Virus record (IMG/VR): IMGVR_UViG_3300021594_000641
Location: 32,001-96,000 of that record
Direction: 5' to 3' (one strand)
Source: a virus
Length of the DNA stretch: 64,000 nt
Shown here: positions 42,986 to 50,530 of the stretch, piece by piece
Layout: the number at the start of each line of letters is the position of its first letter
Position numbering within the stretch: the stretch's first letter is position 1
Made by a program: the position numbers and the translations under genes
Notes under the pieces: generated by a model
Seen by the model: the letters and a program-made list of their open reading frames with translations, nothing else
The model's database searches: none
Told to the model about the DNA's origin: nothing

Positions 42986-43369
42986 TTAACCGTTAAGACC
43001 AAGAACTTCATCGAACCTCAGATCGCTGGCGCGGGCCTGAGAAGAACGCAGGCCAACGTAAGGAGAAGGGGCTGAAGCCTTCTTTTCCTGCACGGCATGG
43101 CCTAGCTGCCGTGGCCTAATGGTGCGATTGGTGTCAGCGGTCTTCTCAAGGATTTCCAGCACTTTGACTGGGTCCTTTAGAAGGGCAGCGCACTTTTCGC
43201 GATCTTTGGGATCAATCCTCTCATGGGCGACTAGGGCGTCGACCACGGCGGGGATGAGCTCAGATGCCTTCTTAGTGGCAGCTTCGCTCTGCTTGATCAG
43301 CTTATCGGCTGCGTCAAGAGCAGCGGCGCTGCACTCGACATAATCAACTACTGCAAGAAGATTGCTCAT
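42986..43369 (-). CDS. Small scaffold-like helical protein with KxA sites
   Basis: 127 aa; TKKAS, EKTAD, EKKAS. Confidence 0.6.
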   Translation of the reverse strand: MSNLLAVVDYVECSAAALDAADKLIKQSEAATKKASELIPAVVDALVAHERIDPKDREKCAALLKDPVKVLEILEKTADTNRTIRPRQLGHAVQEKKASAPSPYVGLRSSQARASDLRFDEVLGLNG

Positions 43370-43389
43370 GATTACCTCCTAGTTTCGTA

Positions 43390-44670
43390 TCAACCAACGA
43401 TGTCAGCGATGCATTTCTTGATCTCTTCGCGAAGTTGCCGTTGTCCAGCAGTCTTAGCATCAGAGATTCTGAATTTGCCGCTTTTCTGCCTGGCTTTGGC
43501 GGCTTTCATCAAAGTCACAATTTGGTTATTGGACTTGTCAGAAGCCATCTTTGGAGCAGCGCCCATTTCAGGAGGCATAGCCCCTGCACCTTCGCCGCCA
43601 GCAGCCGCTTGCATGATCTCTTCTGGGCTTACACCCATTTCAGCCAAAGCTGACAAGAGTTCATCTACAGCTGCTTGGTCACCACCAGGAACTTCGGCAG
43701 AACCGGCTTCGGGACCTGCTTCTTCGCCTAGCCCACCGGCCATAGCGGCCATGTCGGCATCAGTTAGACCAAGGTCACCGCCGGCTTCGTGAGACTCTTC
43801 GCCGCCTGGAGCGTGCTCAGCAGTCTCCTCAGCGGGGCTCTCCGCAGCTTCGTGCTTTTCTGATTCTTCTGCGCTCTTTACTAGCTGGCGATTAAACTCA
43901 GCTACATAAGCACCAGTCAAATCAGCGGCTTGAAGAGCCCCTCTGATGATATTTTCTGAAGCGGTCTTGAAGAACTCTTCAATCTCGGCTTCGTTGGCTT
44001 CGGCAGGCTGGCCTGCTTGAACAGCTTGGTCGTAACCTACAGCTGCTGCAGTCTTAGCCGCTTCTTCCTTAGTTTCTTTTTGTTCCGTTACCCCTTTCTT
44101 TTTTTTTAAGAGGGGAAAGTCGGCAGAATCAATTTTGCCGTTCTTGTTAGCGTCAATCTTATGCTGATCGCCAACTAATTCAGATTGCTTGGTCAAAGCA
44201 ACTGAAATGTCAGCAATAAGAGCGTTAGCCTTCTTCTCAGTCAAAGACTTTAGCTTTGAGAAGTTCATTGAGCTGTACTTCTCGCCGTCTTCGGTCTTGG
44301 CTGGATGGCTTGTGCCTGGGTCTTCCTTTTCACCCTTGTAGTCGTCTTCGTGGGCTGGGTCTTCGCCAGTCGAAGTAGACTTTAGACCAACATCAAACTG
44401 CTGGTCTTCTTGGTCTGGTGTTGAGTCGGTAGCGGAATCAACGCCGCCGCCAGGAACCTGTGCTTTTACGTCGGCGGTGTTCTCAGAAGAACGAGTGCCT
44501 TCGTGAGCGTCGGCGGTTTGATCGTCCACGCTCTTAACAGGATGGCTGGTTCCGCCTTCGTAGCTACCAGCTTCGGTGTTAGCTTCAGCTTTCTTTTTGC
44601 TAGCTGCAGCCTTCTCCTGCTGTCCTTCTACTTCGGCCAAGAAAGACCTTAGCTCGTCAAATAAAGCCAT
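43390..44670 (-). CDS. Prohead scaffold/core protein (acidic, KxA-punctuated, with an EF-hand-like loop)
   Basis: Start moved to ATG 44670 (GAGGAG RBS). Very acidic, low complexity; lies between protease and MCP. Confidence 0.7.
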   Translation of the reverse strand: MALFDELRSFLAEVEGQQEKAAASKKKAEANTEAGSYEGGTSHPVKSVDDQTADAHEGTRSSENTADVKAQVPGGGVDSATDSTPDQEDQQFDVGLKSTSTGEDPAHEDDYKGEKEDPGTSHPAKTEDGEKYSSMNFSKLKSLTEKKANALIADISVALTKQSELVGDQHKIDANKNGKIDSADFPLLKKKKGVTEQKETKEEAAKTAAAVGYDQAVQAGQPAEANEAEIEEFFKTASENIIRGALQAADLTGAYVAEFNRQLVKSAEESEKHEAAESPAEETAEHAPGGEESHEAGGDLGLTDADMAAMAGGLGEEAGPEAGSAEVPGGDQAAVDELLSALAEMGVSPEEIMQAAAGGEGAGAMPPEMGAAPKMASDKSNNQIVTLMKAAKARQKSGKFRISDAKTAGQRQLREEIKKCIADIVG

Positions 44671-44751
44671 TTCAGGACTCCTCGCTAATGGATACAAACC
44701 CGCCGTTCGGTAATGTATACCCTCTATTTAAAATTATCCAAATCACGCACT

Positions 44752-44780
44752 AAGTCTGCAAGAGTAAATCTTGCAGATTT
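44752..44780 (-). promoter_or_regulatory. Inverted repeat without a strong U-tract between protease and scaffold genes
   Basis: AAATCTGCAAGA-TTTAC-TCTTGCAGACTT (9-bp perfect core stem). Confidence 0.45.
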
Positions 44781-46258
44781 CAAGATAGGTAATTGGAGCG
44801 TACGGCGTGCTCCTTATACCAACTGAAATTCGGTTCGCTCTTGAGCTCATTTAAGAAATATAGCTGGTAAGCAGCATAACGTCTAGCTAGTTGTTCGCTA
44901 TCGTCTGTAGCTGCTGTTTTAACCAGTTCAGAATTTCTAGCTCTAAAACTTGCTTGCTTAGTATTTCCAGACAAAACTTGCTTGAAAATACGCTTTTCAA
45001 ACAAATTAGGTCTTATCGACTTTGAAACTGCTACCTTGTGAGCCCATTGCTGAATCTTTTCGCTTGGGAAAGCCATAGACGGGTCACAAGTTCTTTCTTC
45101 CAAACACTGCTCAAAACTTGCAGAATCACTTATAAGTCTAGAAAAAACGCCTGGAAGCCTTGCTTCTACGTCTTTATAGGACGCAGACTTCAAAATTATG
45201 CTGTTTGAGTCTTTTCCTACCAGGTCTAGCCAGTCTTTTACGCTCAAAGCCACTTTTTCGCGGCTCAAAGCCCTCCAAATCTGCACTCCGGCCATTTTTC
45301 CCATAGGAACGTCGGTCAAAGCCGTTTTCTTATCGTCAAGAATGGTTGAGTCCTTCTGAGACACTCCAAACTTGCCGTTTTCTAGAGAACTTTCCATTTC
45401 TGCAAGTTCGTAGGCAAGTTTGAGCAAAGAAGCTGACCTTTCAGGCATATTTTCAAAACACAGCCTGAAAGGAGCTGTCACACCCATTTCTTCAGCTAAA
45501 AGAGCTCCTCCAGCCACTTGACTGGCGTTAGCCGCCTTCATGTGGCCAAAAACGTAAGCAATTCTGTCGGCGGGTCGATAAACGTCAGAAATATCAAACC
45601 AAGTAGGGTCAGGGTTGTCCACATGCAGTACATGACCATCAGCGGCCACTTTTGTCAGGTTGTTATAGCATCCGCCGTACTTACAGTTTCTTTCTGTGCA
45701 GTAAGTAGACCTGTTAGCGGCTTTGTTGCCACAACCGCTGCAAACGTCAAAAGGAACCCTACAAGCCATGGAAACGCCCCAGTCATTTGAACCGGAGGCT
45801 ATTTTTTGCATTTCCTTGTCAGCAACCAGGCCTTTGTTGCGGTCAGCTGCTTCTTTAGTGCCGTTAAGCGCTACAAGCAGCTCAATACGCTTCATCGCCT
45901 CGTTGAACGCCGACATTTTGATAATGCCATAACTTTTCGCTTCATCTTTATTTTGGTGGTTGCGGTACCACCTAGCGTGTTTGACGAACGTAGGATGGTA
46001 TTTGCGGCAAGTCGCAGACTTGAAACCGTCTCCGTTACGGTTTGGACCGTATGACTCCGTAGCTCCAATAGCAATAAGGTGAACGAGCTGCTCACCTGGC
46101 GCGACGTTGACATCGCGAAGTTTATCAGCGAATTCATGCCCAGCTCTTTTTATAAATGACTTAAGATCGTCGCCGCGAAGCCCGCGACTTGATTGCTTTA
46201 CCATCTCTACAGCTGGTACGCCAAAGTCTTGGGAGTCTGGAGAAGTTATCTTTATCAT
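44780..46258 (-). CDS. Prohead maturation protease (His/Ser, HK97/herpes-assemblin-like) with Cys-rich insert
   Basis: NRNGDGF, YRNHQNKD (His), WGVSMAC (Ser), CSGCGN..C, FDISDVYRPAD; canonical position upstream of scaffold and MCP. Confidence 0.8.
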   Translation of the reverse strand: MIKITSPDSQDFGVPAVEMVKQSSRGLRGDDLKSFIKRAGHEFADKLRDVNVAPGEQLVHLIAIGATESYGPNRNGDGFKSATCRKYHPTFVKHARWYRNHQNKDEAKSYGIIKMSAFNEAMKRIELLVALNGTKEAADRNKGLVADKEMQKIASGSNDWGVSMACRVPFDVCSGCGNKAANRSTYCTERNCKYGGCYNNLTKVAADGHVLHVDNPDPTWFDISDVYRPADRIAYVFGHMKAANASQVAGGALLAEEMGVTAPFRLCFENMPERSASLLKLAYELAEMESSLENGKFGVSQKDSTILDDKKTALTDVPMGKMAGVQIWRALSREKVALSVKDWLDLVGKDSNSIILKSASYKDVEARLPGVFSRLISDSASFEQCLEERTCDPSMAFPSEKIQQWAHKVAVSKSIRPNLFEKRIFKQVLSGNTKQASFRARNSELVKTAATDDSEQLARRYAAYQLYFLNELKSEPNFSWYKEHAVRSNYLS

Positions 46259-46267
46259 GGCATCCTC

Positions 46268-47749
46268 TTATTCGTCAAAAAGTGGGAATCCGCCTTTAGT
46301 TGTGGCTCTCTGTATGTCGCCAACTATGGCTTCCAGCTTGTCTCTGCTTAAAGGCTTGGTGTAAAGACCATACCAGTCTTGTTTAGGGTTTTGTTCAAGA
46401 ATATTTTGCAAGAAACTTCCCTGCTCTTTAGCTTTTTCAGGCGTTATTTCCCCACTAGCCAGCTCTGCCTCGGTTCTACCTTTATAAATATTCAATAAAT
46501 TATGCAATTGCCGCATTCTTTCTTGATCTGGACTAGCGTCAACCAGGCTGGGATTAACAGCAGTTGTTCCAGCTAGGGTTAGACCTATTAGCCCAGCTTT
46601 GCTTCCAGCATTTCTAGTTAATCTTGTAATTAAAGGCTCAGACACGTGCGAAGACGACGGCTGAGTGGCTTTTGAGTCTACTAACCTTTGTTTGTGTGTA
46701 GGAGCTCGTCCGCCATAAGCAACGTACTCTCCTACAGTTTGAGGTAGCCGTAATAATGATCCTGCGTTTATTTTAGGGCTTGGAGCTTTAAGATAGCTTT
46801 TTACTAAACCCTCCCTTTCTCCAGAGCCTACTTCTGATAAGCTTTTTACAAAACTTTGTCTTTGAGTTTGATCCATACTTTCAAAGAATTCAGATAATGG
46901 CGAACCGCCCAGCGCTGTTCTTGGATCTTCAACCAATTTTTTCATTTGTTTAGGGTCTGTTATAAATTTTCTAAAACCGCTAGACGGGGATTCCATGTAT
47001 GAAACAAATTCTTTTATTCCTTTATTAAAGTTTGCTTCAGTATTAGGGTTGTTTGGTATTGCACTAGTGGCTGGAAGAGCGTTTTTAAGCGCGGGCCAAA
47101 AAGCCTGTAAGTTTTTCTGAAAGTCAGGCCTAAACATGTATTTCATGTTAGCCTGGCCTCTGTTGAAACCTTCAACACCTTCACCAATGGTCGCAGCGCC
47201 TCCAAACAAGGCAGAACCTAAAGCTGCGGTTGGAGCCAACCTTGCTCTAAAAAAGTTATTAATTATGTTTGTATCCCTTGAAACATCTCTAGCTATTGTT
47301 GCTGTGTCTCTAGCTATTGAGCTATTAGCTGGTCTAGCAGAAGGTAAAATATTTTCTTCTGCTTTCCTTTTTAGCTCTTCAGCAGATTCTGAAGACCTGT
47401 CATACAAAGCTCCGCCGCCGGCACCTAGAGCTGAGCCAAGAAGCCCGAACAAGGCGGCGTCAGAAATAGCCCGCATTTTCTTTTTCTTATGCCGGCTAAG
47501 TCCCAGCAAACCGCCGCCCAAAGCGCCTGCTCCCAGTCCAAGAAGAGCTCCTGGCAATACACTGCTTTTTGCTGCAGGCTTGTTGTCTTCTGCTTCTTTT
47601 GTTAAACCAATTTTTTCATAATAAGCAGCGGCGGAAGTTCTAACACCGTCAGCCCAGTCTGGATAAACTCCGGCTTTCTCCAAAGTGTTAGATTTTTCAG
47701 CAAAAGCTTTCTTTTCAAAAAGAGCTTCTACCGCTTGCTTTACTTCCAT
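46268..47749 (-). CDS. Putative internal head/ejection protein with KxA leader and glycine-zipper helices
   Basis: EKKA and TKEA, then GALLGLGAGALGGGLLGL-RHKKKK-AALFGLLGSALGAGGG; two further Gly-rich hydrophobic segments. Confidence 0.55.
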   Translation of the reverse strand: MEVKQAVEALFEKKAFAEKSNTLEKAGVYPDWADGVRTSAAAYYEKIGLTKEAEDNKPAAKSSVLPGALLGLGAGALGGGLLGLSRHKKKKMRAISDAALFGLLGSALGAGGGALYDRSSESAEELKRKAEENILPSARPANSSIARDTATIARDVSRDTNIINNFFRARLAPTAALGSALFGGAATIGEGVEGFNRGQANMKYMFRPDFQKNLQAFWPALKNALPATSAIPNNPNTEANFNKGIKEFVSYMESPSSGFRKFITDPKQMKKLVEDPRTALGGSPLSEFFESMDQTQRQSFVKSLSEVGSGEREGLVKSYLKAPSPKINAGSLLRLPQTVGEYVAYGGRAPTHKQRLVDSKATQPSSSHVSEPLITRLTRNAGSKAGLIGLTLAGTTAVNPSLVDASPDQERMRQLHNLLNIYKGRTEAELASGEITPEKAKEQGSFLQNILEQNPKQDWYGLYTKPLSRDKLEAIVGDIQRATTKGGFPLFDE

Positions 47750-49140
47750 CAGATAACTCCAAGCGTAGGAGACCCTTCGACTTTTCTCTGTAAGGAAGAG
47801 TCGGTATCGCGGTCCTTAAGCTTAGACTCAATACTTAGCAGCTGGTCTATTTCGTAAGGGTCTACGTTATTACCAGAAGCTAGCCTTTTTCTAAGTATTG
47901 ACCGCACTAAAGACTCTTGAGTTGAAGCCCTTGGAGCCAACTCGCTAATTTGGTTGTAGTGATCCAGAACTGCGTCAGGATCATAAGTGCTTATCACATC
48001 GTCGTTTGCCATCAGATCTGTAAGCATCGACTGAGCTTCTATGTTGCGAAGTGTCGCTGCCTGTATTGGATCTGATGTTCTCTTGGCCCAGCTTAGTCTG
48101 GCGTCTGCTGTGCTAGGCACAGACGTAGACATAGCCAGCTCTTTGCCAGCCGCTGTAGCCCCTGCCGCAGGAGAAAGAATATAACCTGCGGCAAGAGCTC
48201 CTAGATTAGACTTCTTTTCAAACGACCCCAGGACCCCAAGGCTCGTTGCTTGGTCCTGGGGTACGACAAAAGGGAGGAGGGTTTCCTCCGACAAGGCAGA
48301 AGCTTTCTTTTGAAATTCTTCAAAAGAAGCCTGCTTTTTCAAATAGTCTTCTGCGTTTTCCAAGCATTCTTTTACTAGGCTGTAAGGCTGCTTGGAGAAT
48401 TCGACCAAAGAAAAGAATTCTTTTCCTGATCCGGCTTGCTTGGTCAAAGACCTGTTTCTTTTCTCAAGTATCGAGAACAGGGCTTCAGCTTTCTTGCCGA
48501 AGATCCTGGTCATGTTGCCTTTTACGCCAAGGAAAGGCTCGCAGTCAGTTTTTCTAAAGTATTCGCCAAGCTTTGTTATAGATCCAACAAGCTTGTCGTG
48601 TGCGGCGGAAGCTACACCTCTTTGGTTATCCAACTCTCTGGCTGCGTCTAGCATTCGGCAGTGAGCTTTCTTCATAGCTTCCACAGGATCTGTGGGAAGA
48701 GGCTCAACGCCAGTGATAGCTTTACCGGCTTTTGTCACAAGAGGTGGCAGCTCAAGTTTTGCGGCTGCCGCTTTCACGTGTCTCTTGTACCAAGTAGGCG
48801 GAGCAGAATATTCTTCTGACACCGCTGTCTCGGTATGAATTTGACTAGCCGTCTTTACAGACTTGGGAAACATTTTCCCAAGAATGTTTTCAGCGTCGGC
48901 TAAATCAAACTCAGCGGCTTTTTCGAATATATCGCCGCCTATTTTTCTTTGAGTTTCGGCTCTGCCTGTATTGAACGCGTTAACCATAAGGTTAACGTGT
49001 CCAGCGGGTAGAGACCTTTCAGAAGCCACTTTTACAATAGCTTCGTCTGGATGCGATCCGTCCGCAACCATCTCAGCTACTTTCTCAAGTGCTTCAGTTA
49101 TGTTTCGCTCAGCTTCTTTGCTAAGCCTATTTATGGCCAT
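47749..49140 (-). CDS. Putative inner-head protein, KxA-rich
   Basis: 11 KxA in the first ~300 aa by hand count; start moved to ATG 49140 (GGAGG RBS). Confidence 0.6.
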   Translation of the reverse strand: MAINRLSKEAERNITEALEKVAEMVADGSHPDEAIVKVASERSLPAGHVNLMVNAFNTGRAETQRKIGGDIFEKAAEFDLADAENILGKMFPKSVKTASQIHTETAVSEEYSAPPTWYKRHVKAAAAKLELPPLVTKAGKAITGVEPLPTDPVEAMKKAHCRMLDAARELDNQRGVASAAHDKLVGSITKLGEYFRKTDCEPFLGVKGNMTRIFGKKAEALFSILEKRNRSLTKQAGSGKEFFSLVEFSKQPYSLVKECLENAEDYLKKQASFEEFQKKASALSEETLLPFVVPQDQATSLGVLGSFEKKSNLGALAAGYILSPAAGATAAGKELAMSTSVPSTADARLSWAKRTSDPIQAATLRNIEAQSMLTDLMANDDVISTYDPDAVLDHYNQISELAPRASTQESLVRSILRKRLASGNNVDPYEIDQLLSIESKLKDRDTDSSLQRKVEGSPTLGVI

Positions 49141-50077
49141 TATCACCCTCCGGCTCAGGCAAGCGCATCTCTTGAATAGGTTCTTCAGTTACCCCGCCGT
49201 TTAAAATTAACCCTATTTCTCTAATCCTCGGTTCAGCAGACCAGCCATCCATATCTTTCATGCAATCAAGTACAGGATGCTTTATCGTACCGTTACCGCT
49301 TGACCAAGGCAAACTAAGCATAACCTCAGTAAGCTTTTTACCTACTAAACCTTCTGATCCAGGTGCCGCGCTAGCCAGCTCTGCCTTCTTATATTCAAGC
49401 GCGATACTCTTTATGTTGTGGGCAGTAAATCCGTTTATTGGTTCAACTATGTTGGCAACTGCGGCTCTCACCGAATTAACCAAACCGTGAGCGTCGTCCA
49501 AAATTCCTTTAATATCATCTTTGGATATTGGATTACGCCCTAGACCTACTAATCCTGTTCTGTTTATGAACGCGCTCAAAATGTCAGGACCGCCGTGATA
49601 GCCATACATCTTCCAGATAAGGTCATAGTCTCTGTCAGAAACCCCTTGGTGTATGGATCTGCCCATCACCACCTGGATTATGTAGCTGGAGCTATCTAGC
49701 CTGTCCCTCACGTTGAAAAATACTTTTTCGTAAAGGTCTATAACTTCAGGGCTGGCAGAAGTCAGCTTAGCTATTTCCTCGTCTGTCTGCCCGCTTAGAA
49801 GCCTGGCTTCTACTTCCCATCTAAGATCAGAAGCCCCATCTTTTGAATACAAAGTATAAGCTTGATGCATCAAAGGATAATCTTCGTATATATCAAGCTC
49901 GTCAAACGTGTCCGATTCTCTTCTGGCAAAGTACTCGTTAGAAAACCGCAAAGCCTCAACTAGAAAAGAATCCGAGTCTGCTGGCTTTAGCCTTTTTCTT
50001 TTTTCTCTGCAGTGGGTAGCTCTCTTCCAACGCCAGTCTGGCGCTCTTAGAAAGCTTTCCTTTACGAGTTCAAGCAT
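49127..50077 (-). CDS. Hypothetical protein with possible HTH-like segment
   Basis: 316 aa; EARLLSGQTDEEIAKLTSASPEVIDLYEKVFF; translationally coupled to the upstream gene. Confidence 0.55.
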   Translation of the reverse strand: MLELVKESFLRAPDWRWKRATHCREKRKRLKPADSDSFLVEALRFSNEYFARRESDTFDELDIYEDYPLMHQAYTLYSKDGASDLRWEVEARLLSGQTDEEIAKLTSASPEVIDLYEKVFFNVRDRLDSSSYIIQVVMGRSIHQGVSDRDYDLIWKMYGYHGGPDILSAFINRTGLVGLGRNPISKDDIKGILDDAHGLVNSVRAAVANIVEPINGFTAHNIKSIALEYKKAELASAAPGSEGLVGKKLTEVMLSLPWSSGNGTIKHPVLDCMKDMDGWSAEPRIREIGLILNGGVTEEPIQEMRLPEPEGDNGHK

Positions 50078-50517
50078 CAGCCTACGTCCACATCACCACC
50101 GATTACCAAATCCCAGGTAGCGTCACCGCTGCCTACAGGAGTGATTTGGACATAAATTTTCTTAACTGGCAATGTGTATGTTCCGTCTTGGTTACGGAAT
50201 GCGCGTCCAAAGTTGTCTGATATTTCCATAAGCTCTCCGGCTGTTCCGGCAGTTGGAGGAAATACCACATACATGTCTGGAGAAGCTATGCACTTGGCTG
50301 GACCTGAAGGTCCGTCAGAATCTCCAATAGAAGATGAGTTAGGCTGACAAGCGGCCAGAGAGTTATAGACGGTTACTGTAAAGTTAGCCGTCGATCCTCC
50401 AGTCTGCTTGACCAACAACCTCTTTATCTGAGCTTCTGGAGGAAAGCCTATCTGCCAGCAGGTTGTTTGCCCGCATGGCGCACTTAGGCTGCAGACCCTA
50501 CGTTCGTATATACGCAT
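50077..50517 (-). CDS. Hypothetical beta-rich virion protein
   Basis: 146 aa, GGAG RBS, contains a Ser-rich loop. Confidence 0.55.
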   Translation of the reverse strand: MRIYERRVCSLSAPCGQTTCWQIGFPPEAQIKRLLVKQTGGSTANFTVTVYNSLAACQPNSSSIGDSDGPSGPAKCIASPDMYVVFPPTAGTAGELMEISDNFGRAFRNQDGTYTLPVKKIYVQITPVGSGDATWDLVIGGDVDVG

Positions 50518-50530
50518 CGTTAGCTCCTAA

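Noticed and set aside
44752-44780. Hairpin after the protease gene as an intrinsic terminator
   Set aside because: It has no proper U-tract on the coding strand; kept only as a possible processing, stabilising or operator element.
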